Of a DNA stretch of 64,000 nucleotides, positions 1-12,606 are shown piece by piece; position 1 is the first letter of the stretch, and the number at the start of each line of letters is the position of its first letter. The position numbers and the translations under genes were made by a program. A model generated the notes under the pieces. That model was not told where the DNA came from, made no database searches, and worked only from the letters and a program-made list of their open reading frames with translations. The DNA comes from Anthoceros angustus (taxonomy: Eukaryota > Plantae > Anthocerotophyta), in NCBI GenBank assembly GCA_010909165.1, contig VJWM01000025.1, forward strand, positions 2,790,001 through 2,854,000, read 5' to 3'.

Positions 1-49
1 CTTTGGCTCTCTCATGTTGATCCTGCCATAGCTATTCTCTTAGCTTTTA

Positions 50-60
50 TGGTATCGAGC
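50..60 (+). other. Primer-binding site, tRNA-iMet type
   Basis: TGGTATC-GAGC immediately after the 5' LTR end; canonical TGGTATCAGAGC lacking one A. Confidence 0.85.
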
Positions 61-719
61 CTATTTAGATTTGGGCGACTAGCATGGGTGCCAACGCATC
101 CGACACCACAATCTTGCCATCTTTAGATCAAGATGCCAAGGCCTTGATTTCTGCGGCCACGAGACCTTGCAGGCCGTCCATGCATAGCTTATTTGGAGCA
201 AATCCCTTGTTACATTTGCGGATGCATGGACAAGCGGGTGACTTCGTCAGCTGCCGGAGTTGCCGTAAAACTCGCCACCAACCCATGACGCCTTCATCAC
301 AGTACCCGTGCGACAAGGAGCTTTTCTCATGAAGCCCCAACTCGAGCGTGCTGCGAGGACCTCGGCATCTCTCCACAAAGAGCTTTCGGCATTGCGGTCG
401 TCGTGTGTCTGGGAAGCATTTATCGAAGTTGTTGGACGGCATCAAGGCCCTCCACTTGTTTTGTGAAGAGCGATGCATGAAGGACCTCATGCCCGTAATC
501 CTTCGTACTTGTCATCAAGCGTCTTGCACCATGTTGTAGCTCTCTCTCTTCTGTTTATGACAGATAATTCAGATTCTGATGATGAATTGGTCGTGGACAT
601 TTCATCCCTCTTTCTTGAACCTACCTCTCATACTGCGTGGGACTTCTCCCCACGCAACCTTTTAGAATTAGAGAGCAACTACTTCAAAGCTGTCACGATA
701 GAGTTCTAAATCACGAAAT

Positions 720-1700
720 CATGTGGAGTTTTCACCAAGTGTTCTGTAGTCCCTCTTTGAAAATTGAGTTCGGGACAAGGATAGGTTTAATGGTACAGTT
801 ACAACATCCGGGCCATGAGGTGACAAATCTTTGAGGAGAATGAGCTGTTGACCATTGTAGATGGCAGAACCCAGGTGACAACACCTGTTAGAACCCGAAG
901 AAATCCTAGCACAGGAGGCGTAAGGATAGGCGTGCTCGTTCTATACTCATTCTTTAGATAGAAATGTGATGCCACACACCATAGATGCCAAAACCTCGGC
1001 GGATGTGTGGAAAGTTTTCGATCTATATATCGGACAGAGTTGGCGTCCACGGTGCATGCGCAGAGACTTCTTCAATTTGAGGATGCGGGACAATGAGCAC
1101 GTTGAGGCTTATATCAACAAGTTTAGGACTCTTAGTGCTAATCTTGCCTATTGTGGCAGATCTTGTGAAGTTCAAGCGACTATAAGTATCTTGGCTTCAC
1201 TTCGGAAAGTTATCAGCACTTTGTTGGCGATTAGAATGCCACAATACATCTTTCTTGTTCAGCGGCTACTAAACGAGGCAACTCGAGGTAATTGGCCCTT
1301 ATATCCGAGGAGCGCACAAGGAGTTTTCACAAACCAAAGGGCTCTACTTCCAACAACACAAGAGTATTGTTTACATCAAGAGGCCGAGGCGGCTTAGGTC
1401 GAGGTAGAGGACGTGGTTCCTACTCGAACCCACAACGAGATGTAATCAACAAGAAGACTTTTGTGTGCTGGCGGTGTAAGATTCCAGCCATTATGAGCAG
1501 GATCGTAAGAAGAAAGGAGGAGAGCCAGTAGCGATCATCCTCCGAGCAACGTCACCATCGGCAAGGCTAAGCAGCCCACTATCACGGCGGTTTGTTTATC
1601 GTCCACACAAGTACAATCGACACATGGTTTCTCGATTCGAGCCACAAGTCATATTTGCTTTCAGGCGTGCTTTTTCTTCTTTCACTCCTTCTGCGATGCC
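720..1700 (+). pseudogene. Copia gag (UBN2-like region, zinc knuckle) and aspartic protease, frameshifted
   Basis: ENELLTIVDG; RRDFFNLRMRDNEHVEAYINKFRTL; RGRGGLGRGRGRG followed by VCWRC (knuckle); TWFLDS (protease). Confidence 0.85.
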
Positions 1701-2189
1701 AAGCAGTTTGTCTTATTAGGGGCGATAGTGGACTTTCTATCAAAGGTTGGGTTACATTATCATTTCCTTGCACGACTCTTCAAGCCTTACACTCACAAAG
1801 GTTCTCTATGTCCCTTCCATGACTAAGAACACGATGTCATCTGAAGTTGTCACGGGAACATTCTGCCAGTGTGTTTTGATCGGCAAGGGTGCTACGTTAC
1901 AAACTCAAGTTAGGGCATCATCTTTCTCGGGCTCACCTTCTCACGATCTGTACCTCTGAGCGTCAAGGCGTGTTAGGTTCTACTCAATCAGTTCATTCAC
2001 AGGTACCTTCCACACAATTGTGACACTGTCGTCTTGGACATGTCAATTTCCAACGCCTCAGTTCCTTGTCAAAGGTGAGAGTTATCGTGAGCCTTGAATT
2101 CCCTTTTGATAAGAACGCCTGTGAGTCCTGTCAATTGAGTAAGGCACATTCAACCTTTTGGGATATGGCCCTTAGCCGTCTTGATGGCT

Positions 2190-2830
2190 TGCTTCATCAT
2201 GCATAGCGACATATGTGGCCCCATGTCCACTAGCTCCTTTGGGGGACTATTTCTTGACCTTCATCGACGAGTGGGCGAGATATTGTGTAGTTTTCTTTCT
2301 ACGACACAAGAGTGAAGCTTTTGGTACCTTAAGTCTTATGTTGCTATGCTCAACGCCGAGACTTCCTGTAAGGTGCGAATCTTGCGAACAGACAATGGCG
2401 GTGAGTACACCAATCACGCATTCGCATCCTTACATGCCAAGAAGGAATCCTTCATGGGTTGCTTCCTTACACTCCAGGCGAATGCTTCGGAGCATAAAAG
2501 CAGAACTCTGAGGAAGCCACTTTGGCTTCTCTCTTTGGACTCACCGTGGGTATTGGGCGAAGCTTTGATGGCCGTCAACTATGTACAGAATCGGCTGCCG
2601 ACAAAGGAGCTTGGCACCATGACCCCTTTTGAAAGATGGACGGGCAAGAAGCCCCGAGTTCGACACCTACGAATTTTCGGTGCTCCTGCTTATGCTCTCG
2701 TCCCTCCAGCATTGCGTTCCAAGCTTGATCCCAAGGCATCTCGGCATGTTTTTGTCGGGTACTCAGAGGAGGTGAAGGGCTACAAGTTGTTTAACCCGTC
2801 ACCCGTCAGCTCACTTTATCAAGGAGCGTG
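2190..2830 (+). pseudogene. Copia integrase core plus SH3-like region, frameshifted
   Basis: HSDICGP; YFLTFIDEWARY; LRTDNGGEY; WxEALMAVNYVQNRLPT; LRIFGAPAY; KLDPKASRHVFVGYSEEVKGYKLFNP. Confidence 0.93.
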
Positions 2831-5800
2831 GTTTTCCACGAGGCTGCTCTTCTTCGCCGTCATACTGCTGCTTTGCTTCCGGATGCGACTCCTGTTTCTT
2901 CTTCCATCCATGGCATAGAAGATCTGTTCTTGTTAATCTTGATGAGGTCGTTCTTTGAACGAGGATGCTTCTCCTTCTCGAAATAAGGAACCAATTTCAC
3001 TTCGATTATAATGATGGTGAAGATGAAAAGGCTTGAGACATGATGGACATTTCAACATCTCCACCACCACCGGAGGCCCTTGTGATGATAGTGAACTCTC
3101 GGTATTCCCATGCGGACTCTTAAATCGATTGAGCTGTTGTCACCTCCATCGTAGAGCCCGAATCTGACTCGGTCCCTCCTCCTCGTCGTTCCACTCGCAT
3201 CCGTGACCTATGCAGTGGAAAGAGCCCCTTATTCGCACATATAGTCATGTGGGTGATTTTCTAAACCAAGTGGTCACAAAGAGGCCACATTTACCCTCTT
3301 TATCGTTGTAGACTTGAGATTCGTACCCAAGGGGTGATTTCGTGTCAAGACAACCAAAACATAGCCAATCCAACCAAACACGGACACACCAAAACATCTA
3401 GCGATTCTGAGACCGGCTCTACCTAACAACACGCACTGTGGCTATCTTAGCCACGCGACCTGATGTCACCCCGACACGGCCGGTTGCTAACTTAGCAACA
3501 CCCTCTATTCTAGCGGAGGGTCCACCTTGGGATCAGTCGGCTATTAATAGTGGGTCCGGTCGGGATCCAAGTGGATAAAGCTGATCTCTCCCCCCCCCTC
3601 TCTCTCTCTCTCTTATTCATCCACAAAGTTAGATCCACCAATCAGGATTACTGCTCCCATAACCCTTTTCCCCTCTCCCTTCCCCTCACTCTTGCAGCAT
3701 TTCTTCAGACTTCCTTGCCCCTCGTCCAGCCTTTCAGCTCACCTTCCAGCTCCAGACAGACCCTTCCAGGCTCTCACAGTCCCTTGAGGTGCCTCTCAGC
3801 CCTCCCCACACTCTCAAGTTTCCCCAGCTCTCTTCAACTCCCTTGTTCTCACACCTCCATTCAATCCACTTCCAGCTCTCGGCTCCTCCGTCCTTACAAG
3901 GTTCTCATCCAGACCTTACAGCCCTTCACCAACTCTCAAAATACTTGTTCATCTCTCCCAATCATTCCATCTCATCCACTCACGGATCTTCAACCTCCAC
4001 TCACTCTCTTCTTGACAACACAAACATCACTTACAGACTTCTCCAGTCCTTCTTACTCCTCTCAAACAGCCAATCAGCAACTCTCCATGTCCGGCATTCT
4101 CCACTTCTCACAGTTCACTTTTCCCTCATTTTCCAAACACCAAACCTCCAACACACGAAAACTCAAACACAAGGTGAGTACTAGACAAGCTGAGGGAATG
4201 AGTAAAGGAGGGACAGCCTCCCGGCTTCCACCCCTTCCTCTTGACCTTGAGGACTCCTCCAAGGAGACCTCAAGGCTCCCTTCCTTGCTTTCCACCACTC
4301 TTGCGGATCGGCCACCGCAGGATCCCAACAGTAGTCTTCTCCTGTGCGGAGGCGTGAGCTTCTGACCTTTGGATCTGGAACCCTCCCAAACCCCGTGCTC
4401 ACCCCAAACACCAAGACCTTAAACCAACATTGCTTACATTTCATCAAGAGGGCGCCTCTTATACCCAAGATCGCCCAGCGGCGCTTGCCAAAAATACCAA
4501 TCGGTCTTAGCCTACCAATCCTAGAGGCCTATCTATCAATTACATCCACTATGAGAGAGGATAAGATTTATCTATAACACATGGGCCTTTAGCTATTTGA
4601 GCCACTTACCCTATTACCTCTGGGCCTCCTAGGCCGCCTAGCCCCATGTTCTCCTCTTGCTCTCCTCCCTCTTGGCTGGTTGGGCAATCTCTCCCATAAA
4701 ATCTCTACCTCCTCATGGACTCTCTCTCTCTCTTGTGCTCGCCGCATAGTCAGTACTCCTCCTCGGTGAGCTCTTGAATCTGGATGGGTCGGTGAGAGTT
4801 TCCTCCTTAAGAATCCAACCCATAGGTAGGATCCGGTGCCGTCAAGGCATGGATCAAGTACCTCCATGTCCCCCTGTGCCCACAACAACATAAACTTTCG
4901 GAGACAATCTTCTCTCCGGCCAAGGAGAATCCGGGCACATGGTTATCTTGATAAGCATCCCTCAATCTAATGCACCATTGGGAAGTTAGACTTAGGCGGC
5001 TTACCCGCCTCCGGCCTGCTTGTCCTCCTCCAGTGTCTTGCCCCTTCTTCCTTGTTGTAGCTCTGGTCTTGGAGCTGTTGCTCCCTTAGCAGTGCAGGTG
5101 TTTCCTTAGCGGTGCGGCTTAGCAACCTCCTCTACCTCGGCCGATTCTTCCATGGAGGCTCCGCATCTTCCACGGTGGCTCTCCTTGCAATCCAGCCCTC
5201 TTGGCCTCTTTCCAACCTTTCCTTGCCTCGTCCCTCCGGCATTGCGTTCAAGCTTGATCCCAAGGCATCTCGGCATGTTTTTGTCGGGTACTCGAGGAGG
5301 AGGTGAAGGGCTACAAGTTGTTTAACCCGTCACCGTCGACTCACTTTATCAAGGGCGTGGTTTTCCACGAGGTGCTCTTCTTCGCCGTCATCTGCTGCTT
5401 TGCTTCGGATCGACTCCTGTTCTTCCATCCATGGCATAGAAGATCTGTTCTTGTTAATCTTGATGAGGTCGTTCTTTGAACGAGGATGCTTCTCCTTCTC
5501 GAAATAAGGGAACCAATTTCACTTCGATTATAATGATGGTGAAGATGAAAAGGCTTGAGACATGATGGACATTTCAACATCTCCACCACCACCCTTGTGA
5601 TGATAGTGAACTCTCGGTATTCCCATGCGGACTCTTCGGGTTGAGCTTTGTCACCTCCATCGTAGAGCCCGAATCTGACTCGGTCCCTCCTCCTCGTCGT
5701 TCCACTCGCATCCGTGACCTATGCAGTGGAAAGAGCCCCTTATTCGCACATATAGTCATGTGGGTGATTTTCTAAACCAAGTGGTCACAAAGAGGCCACA

Positions 5801-6230
5801 TTTACCCTCTTTATCGTTGTAGACTTGAGATTCGTACCCAAGGGGTGATTTCGTGTCAAGACAACCAAAACATAGCCAATCCAACCAACACGGACACACC
5901 AAAACATCTAGCGATTCTGAGACCCGGCTACTACCTAACAACACTCGGACACATGGCTATCTTAGCCACGCGACCTGATGTCACCGACAGCGGGCCGGTT
6001 GCTAACTTAGCAACCGCCCTCTATTCTAGCGGAGGGTCCACCTTGGGATCAGTCGGCTATTAATAGGGGTGGGTCCCAGTCGGGATCCAAGTGGATAAAG
6101 GCGATCTCTCTCTCTCTCTCTTACTCATCCACAAAGTTAGATCCACCAATCGGGATTCTGCTCCCATAACCCTTTTCCCTCTCCTCTCACTCTTGCAGCA
6201 TTTCTTGAGACTTCCTTGCCTCGTCCCTCC
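2697..6230 (+). repeat. ~1 kb direct duplication: 2697-3725 is repeated at 5227-6230
   Basis: Near-identical text from ctcgtccctcc(a/g)gcattgcgtt onward; copies differ mostly by small indels. Confidence 0.92.
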
Positions 6231-6242
6231 AAGGAGACCTCA

Positions 6243-9200
6243 AGGCTCCCCTATGGTGCTTTGTGCGTCAGAGGCTGAACCATGAGGGTTTCACGATCCT
6301 TGGTCTTCGCACAACTCTTCTCGGACCTTCCTTAATTCCGCTTCCATGCTACCTAGGCGTCCCTCCAAGACCTCCTTCTCCTGCTTCATTCCGGAGCTCC
6401 TTGGCTCTCCTGTTGTTCCCCTGCTGCGCTGTAAACCTAACAAAGAGGACCGAGCTATGGTCCTCCTCACCTAGTCGTGCCATGCTGAGACCGGCTCTTG
6501 TAGGGTGATGTTAGGCCCCAAACCTTCAGGATGGGTTCCCTCCTTCCTATCTGGCCGCTCTCCCACTCCGGTATATACTTGAGGTCACCCCTTGAGCAGT
6601 AGTGACTTTCTCGGTCATCGGCCGTGCCCAAGGTTGGGCGATTCCTGCTGACTGTTGCTTCCCGGCCACGGGCTCTGAGGCCAGTGCTTTGCTCGGCCTT
6701 TCCTTTATCCTTACATCCGGGTGAGTTCCCAGTCGTGCTCTTGTGGCTCTAGGAGTGGTTGGAGTCCCCTGTTGCTCGGACCTCTCTTGGTGCTGTTGGG
6801 GTCTTAGCAACTCCAGTTGCTTTGTTAGCCGGTGATACCTTAGCGCCACATTCCTCTTCATGGACACTTGGACTTCTCATCTTCACTCCCGGTGCCACGG
6901 AGATGGCCTCTTCCTCGACTCCTCTTTGGGCTTCCTTCTTTCAAACACCGGCCTCCGGGCATGGAAGGTGAGACCATCTCTATCCCCTCCTTGGCATGGT
7001 CAAAATGTGGATTAAGAAGGAGATAGGGCTGAGGTGATGGTAGGGTCAAGTGGTCCCTCTCACATCTTGTGTCATAGAACATCCTAGCCCAATCTATCTT
7101 GGACCCTCTCACCACCTCATAGAAAGACAAGAAATGGTCGACAATGTGCTCTAGCTTCTTAGTGATGAGAGCACAGGATCCACTGGCTAATCCGCCAGCT
7201 CGTGGTCTAACTTGTTGGTGACCCAGCCATTCTCCACCCTAGACAATGTGGGAGCAATGGCGCTTGTGCCTCCTGACTTTTGGGAGATGGCTTCTGAAAG
7301 GATCAATGATTATTCCACCACTTTCCTCTTGCCTCTCATAGACAGCTGGAACAACTGAATATTCCAGTGCGGGGTTGGTTCTCGTGTTGCCTTCCTGGCC
7401 TTCTCCTCATGTGTCTGCACATTCCAGACCAATTAGGCTCTTGTAGCACCACTTTTTGTCCATGAAGGACAAGTGATGCTTAGCCACCAAGGAACCCGCT
7501 TTCACTCTCCAGGCCCCATGTTGGGCCATTGAGCGATGGTAATGGCCTCAATGGATAGGAGTGGTCTTCTTAGTATGGTGTCAGTCTCCTCGGGGCGACT
7601 TCAGAAATTTCCGCTTAGCTCGGCTTTATGCGGAGAATTCCCCACTGGGCTGCTTCCTCGGCCAACTCCACGATGGCAGGGTGTCTGCAGATTCACTCCG
7701 GCACTTTGGGAAGCCTGCGGACCTGAATTTATTGATTCATAGCCACCTTGCCCGTTTTACGTATACGGCCCGGCACCCTAAATTGAACCCATCACGATCA
7801 CATCGATATCACTTTGCCCGCTCAAGCCGATTGCTGCCTTTCCTCCTCAATTGCTCGAGGTCGGGGAAAAGTGTATCCACCAAGTGGTTGAGCGGTGACC
7901 CCTCACAGTGCGCTTCGCCTCCGCCTTAATCCGCGCTCCCCTTGAGGGTGCGTGCCAGTCGCACCCTACCTCGTGCACGCTTCCCCTTCCTTCTGCAACT
8001 CTTCTCGGACCTTCCTTAATTCCGCTTCCATGCTACCTAGGCGTCCCTCAAGACCTCCTTCTCCCTCATGTGTCCTGCACATTCCTCTTGCTCTCCTCCC
8101 TCTTGGCTGGTTGGGCCGATTCCTCCTGTTGGGATTTCTGATCGCGTCCCGGCTGTTGCTCCCCTGCTTCCGCCACCCCTGAGCTCCTCCACAGTCTTCT
8201 TGCCCCTTCTTCCTTGTTGTAGCTCTGGTCTTGGAGCTGTTGCTCCCTTAGCAGTGCGAGTTATTGCTTCCTTAGCGGCTTGCTTGCTTGTAACCTCCTC
8301 GGTGCCAACTCGGCCAGATTCTTCCATGGGAGGCTCGCATCTTCCACGGTGGCTCTCCTTGCAATCCGGCCCTCTTGGCCTCTTTCCAACCTTTCCTTGC
8401 CTCGTCCCTCTCCTTCTTGTAGCGCCCGTATCCAGCAGTTTCGGCTGCGCATCGAGATGACATTGCGGCTCCCCTATGGTGCTTTGTGCGTCAGGAGTGA
8501 ACCATGAGGGTTTCACGATCCTTGGTCTTCCGCAACTCTTCTCGGACCTTCCTTAATTCCGCTTCCATGCTACCTAGGCGTCCCTCAAGACCTCCTTCTC
8601 CTGCTTCATTCCCGGAGCTCCTTGCTCCCTGTTGTTCCCCTATGCGCTGTAAACCTAACAAAGAGGACGAGCTATCGGTCCTCCATCTCACCTAGTCGTG
8701 CCATGCGAGACCAGCTCTTGTAGGGTGATGTTAGGCCCCAAACCTTGGGGATGGGTTCCCTCCTTCCTATCTGGCGCGACTCTCCCTGCGACCACTTGGG
8801 GTATACTTGAGGGTCACCTTTGAGCAGTAGTGACTTTCTCGGGGTCGGCTCGGTGCCCAAGGTTGGGCGATTCCTCCTGTTGACTGTGGCTTCCCGGCCC
8901 ACGGGCTCCTGAGGCTGGTCTTTGCTCCTTTGTCTGTACATCCGGGTGAGTTCCCAGTCGTGCTCTTGTGGCTCTAGGAGTGGTTGGAGTCCCCATTGCT
9001 CGGACCTCTCTTGGTGCTGTTGGGGTCTTAGCAACTCCGGTTGCTTTGTTGTTGTGGTGATGCCTTAGCGCCACATTCCTCTTCATGGACACTTGGACTT
9101 CTCATCTTCACTCCCGGTGCCACGGAGATGGCCTCTTCCTCGACTCCTCTTTGGGCTTCCTTCTTTCAAACACCGGCCTCCGGGCATGGAAGGTCGAGAC

Positions 9201-9504
9201 CATCTCTATCCCCTCCGAACTTGGCATGGTCAAAATGTGGATTAAGAAGGAGATAGGGCTGAGGGCTGGGTGATGGTAGGGTCAAGTGGTCCCTCTCCAC
9301 TGCATCTTGTGTCATAGAACATCCTAGCCCAATCTATCTTGGACCCTCTCACCACCTCATAGAAAGACAAGAAATGGTCGACAATGTGCTCTAGCTTCTT
9401 AGTGAGCTGAGAGCAGGATCCACTGGCTAATCCGGCCCATTTCGAGGTCTAACTTGTTGGTGACCCAGCCATTCTCCACCCTAGACAATGTGGGAGCAAT
9501 GGCG
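6243..9504 (+). repeat. ~1 kb direct duplication: 6243-7262 is repeated at 8466-9504
   Basis: Both copies run from ggctcccctatggtgc to gggagcaatggcg. Confidence 0.92.
6250..7520 (-). pseudogene. Frameshifted accessory ORF of the insert (globular segment plus charged coiled-coil tail); second copy at ~8470-9500
   Basis: KLEHIVDHFLSFYEVVRGSKIDWARMFYD followed by E/K/R-rich helical sequence (LRKVREELRKTK). No gag/pol motifs. Confidence 0.45.
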
Positions 9505-10916
9505 ACAGCCTCCTGCTCGGTTTCGATCCGCGCATCCGCCGGACTTGCCATTCCACCCGATTCGGCCCCTCTTGATCGCAGCTCGCCAGCCCTTGCCGCC
9601 GTGACTCCGCTGCCCGGCGCGCCGCTTGTGGCCCCTCAGGCCTTTCGGGCTGCTCGCTCGCGGCGTCCAATGGGCTCAATGTAGATTTTTCTTGTTTATA
9701 AGCCTTCATTCCTCCCTTGGATTCTACTTGGCAAACACAAAACAAAAAAACACTTACTCTCCTCCTTTAGGTTTACCCTTGGTCTTCCAACTCCACGATG
9801 GCAAGGGTGTCCTGCCTAGATTCACTCCAGCACTTTGGGAAGCCGTCACGGACCACAATTTATTGATTCAGCCCTATCTTCCCAACGTTTTACGTGTCGG
9901 CTTGACACCCGGCACCCTAAATTGAAACCCTGTCACGATCCTTTGTACAGTAGCACTTTGCCCGCTCAAGCGATCACGCCTTTCCTCCTCAATTATGCGA
10001 GGTCCGGAAAAGTGTATCACCTGCAGTGGTTGAGCGGTGACCCCTCACAGTGCGCCTCCGCCTTAATCCGCGGCTCCCTTAGGTGCGTGCCCAAGTCGCA
10101 CCCTACCTCGTGCACGCTTCCCCTTCCTTGCGGCAATTCTCGGCCCCTCACTTACGCTGCCTACTCTTCTCGATCCCTTTACAGTACGGCCAGCGCGCGC
10201 CTTGACCTTCTCCAGCTACGGCCCGATTATTCCACTCCGCCAGGCGATGATTTCTGATCGCGTCCCGGCTGTTGCTCCCCGATTGCTTCCGCCACGCCGC
10301 CCTGAGCTCCTCCACGATCTTCGTTCGCCGCCTCGGCCCCTCCTCACGCCGTAGCCTTGGATCTGCTCGCCATCTCGGCTGGCCTCCCTCGGTTTCGATC
10401 CGCCGCGCAGCCGGACTTGCCATTCCACCCGATTCGGCCCCTCCAGTCGCTCGTCGCTGACCGTTGCTCTGACGCGCCATTTCCTCCGTCCGGTCACGCT
10501 CAGGAGCTTGAGGTGTGGCGCCGCCTTGATCCTTTGCAAGTATTCCTTGTCCTTCACGCGTGGAAATCGTTAATAGGACCCCGTTACTTCCCGTTGGGTA
10601 TTTCCAATGATTTATCAATTAGGTTTTCAGTTATCGGAAAATAATTCCAACAGTTGCTACCATAGCAGCGGGCTCGTCGGTTCATCATAGCAGTCCACAC
10701 TAGCGGTCCCATCCGCGTTAACAACCGGCCGAGCACCAACCCTCAAGAGATTACATCCGGGGTCGACTTAGACTCTCCTCCTCCTACTAGGCTCTAGTAG
10801 ACTTTTCTTATTTCCTAACCTACTTCACATTCCAACTCCACACGATTCTCACAACTTAAACACAAAACAAAAAAACACTCCTTTTTGAAATTGCAGTACC
10901 CATGTGGTCACCACAA

Positions 10917-12606
10917 GTCACTTCCGAATTCTCTTACGCAGCGATTCGATGTTTGACTTCCTTGGTGAGCCTTTAACTTATCTGAAGCCTTAGCAGGCCC
11001 TGAGGCCTCTTTTTGGCAAGCTGCCATAGATTCAGAGTATAAGTCCCTCATCCAAAATAAGACATGGAAGCTTGTCGATCTCCTCACAGTGAAAACCGGT
11101 TCAATGTAAGTGGGTTTTCAAGAAAAGTTGAACAACATGGAGTGCATTGGAAGATACAAGGCCCGTCTAGTGGCCAAGGGCTATAGCCAAATCCGAGCTT
11201 GACTACAATGAAACATTTGCTCACATTGTCAAGTCCACCTCTGTTATCCTTGTGGCGATTCATCACAATCTCCTCGTGCATCAATGGATGTCAAAAGCGG
11301 CTACAGATAGCTTCTTGGAGGAAGACATCTATATGGTTCAGCCTGAAGGTTTTATCATTGACACCGACAAGGTTTGCAAGCTCCTCAAAACTCTTTATGG
11401 ACTCAAGCAGGCTTCACGAGCCTGGTATGAAGTGTTTCACAAACTTTTGATGGAGCTCGGCTTCACTTGCCTCAATGCAGACACCAGTGTATATATTTTA
11501 CGGGATGGAGCCGACTTTCTGATCCTTACAGTTTATGTCGATGACAATTTCCTTTTTAGCAATTCTGCTACTCTTATGGCTCATCAAACTGATCCTGCTT
11601 TCTAAGTTTGACATGACTGACCTTGGGGAACTTACCTTCTCCCTTGGTGTCCAGTTTCATCTCAATCCTACTGCTGGAACTATTGACATACATCAGGATC
11701 ACTTTGTTCATCAACTCCTCCAGCGTTTTAATATGCTTGATGCAAAACCAGTGTCCACTCCCATGGCACTTGGTGAGAAGCTTTCTGTTGAGCAATGTCC
11801 CACTACCGATGAGGAGAAGAAGCTCATGGCCAACATTCCTTATCGACAAGCTGTTGGCTCCTTAATTTACCTTTCTGGATGGACACGGTTGGACATTACT
11901 CGTGCGATGGGGCGTGGAGTCGATTTTAGAGAACCTGGTCCCCTCATCGATCGCGATTAACGTATCTTCGATACTTGAAAGGCACTCCCGACTTGGCTTG
12001 CGTTTTGAAGTCCACAACCGGTTTAGCTCTTTCAGCTTATTGCGATGCGGATTGGGCGGGGATCCGACACTCGGCAGTTGTTGCCTATTGCACTTTCATG
12101 GCACTTGATTGTTTCACAGTCGCAAAGTTATCCACCATATGTCTTTCCTCGTGGCGGTATGCGACCATGACTCAAGCTTCCAAGGAAATAATATGGATAC
12201 GCTGATTTCTCAAAGGACTTCAACAACTTCATCGATCCCACTCCATTATTATGTGACAACCAATCACCATCGCACTCTCAAGAAATCACATGTTCCATGC
12301 AAGGTCCAAGCATATCGAAATTAGCCATCACTTTATTCGTCAAGCAGAATCGGGAGAGGTAGGTCGTATGTTCCTCTGCGGACAATGTTTCGACCTTCTC
12401 ACTAAGGCCTTGTCAAAACCATTACATGAAAAACATACGCCGCATTTGCGAGATCCTCATTGCTACTAAGGGCACCGCCATTAGCCTGGTTTGCTTTTCT
12501 AATCCCCGATTGGGAGTTTCTTTGTGTTTTTGAGTGTCTTCACAGTCTTCTCGCCTTATCGGCCTTGGCAAACTCCTCCGTCAAGCTACAAACCCACGGA
12601 TGATCG
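10917..12606 (+). pseudogene. Copia RT-RNase H, copy 1 (frameshifted)
   Basis: EYKSLIQNKTWKLVDL; YKARLVAKGYSQ; FLEEDIYMVQPEGF; KLLKTLYGLKQASRAWY; VYVDD; YRQAVGSLIYL; AYCDADWAG. Confidence 0.95.

Larger units (their letters stand above)
3203..10911 (-). mobile_element. Nested insert in the Copia IN-RT linker; solo-LTR-like or Gypsy-derived sequence with an accessory ORF, internally duplicated
   Basis: The Copia frame breaks after PPRRSTRIR (~3202) and resumes at KSLPN...LGEPLT (~10915). Ends are 6-nt inverted repeats GTGACC...GGTCAC. No clean TSD is visible. Confidence 0.6.

Noticed and set aside
3550-4365. 271-aa S/L/P-rich ORF
   Set aside because: Pyrimidine-rich low-complexity TE sequence with no motif.
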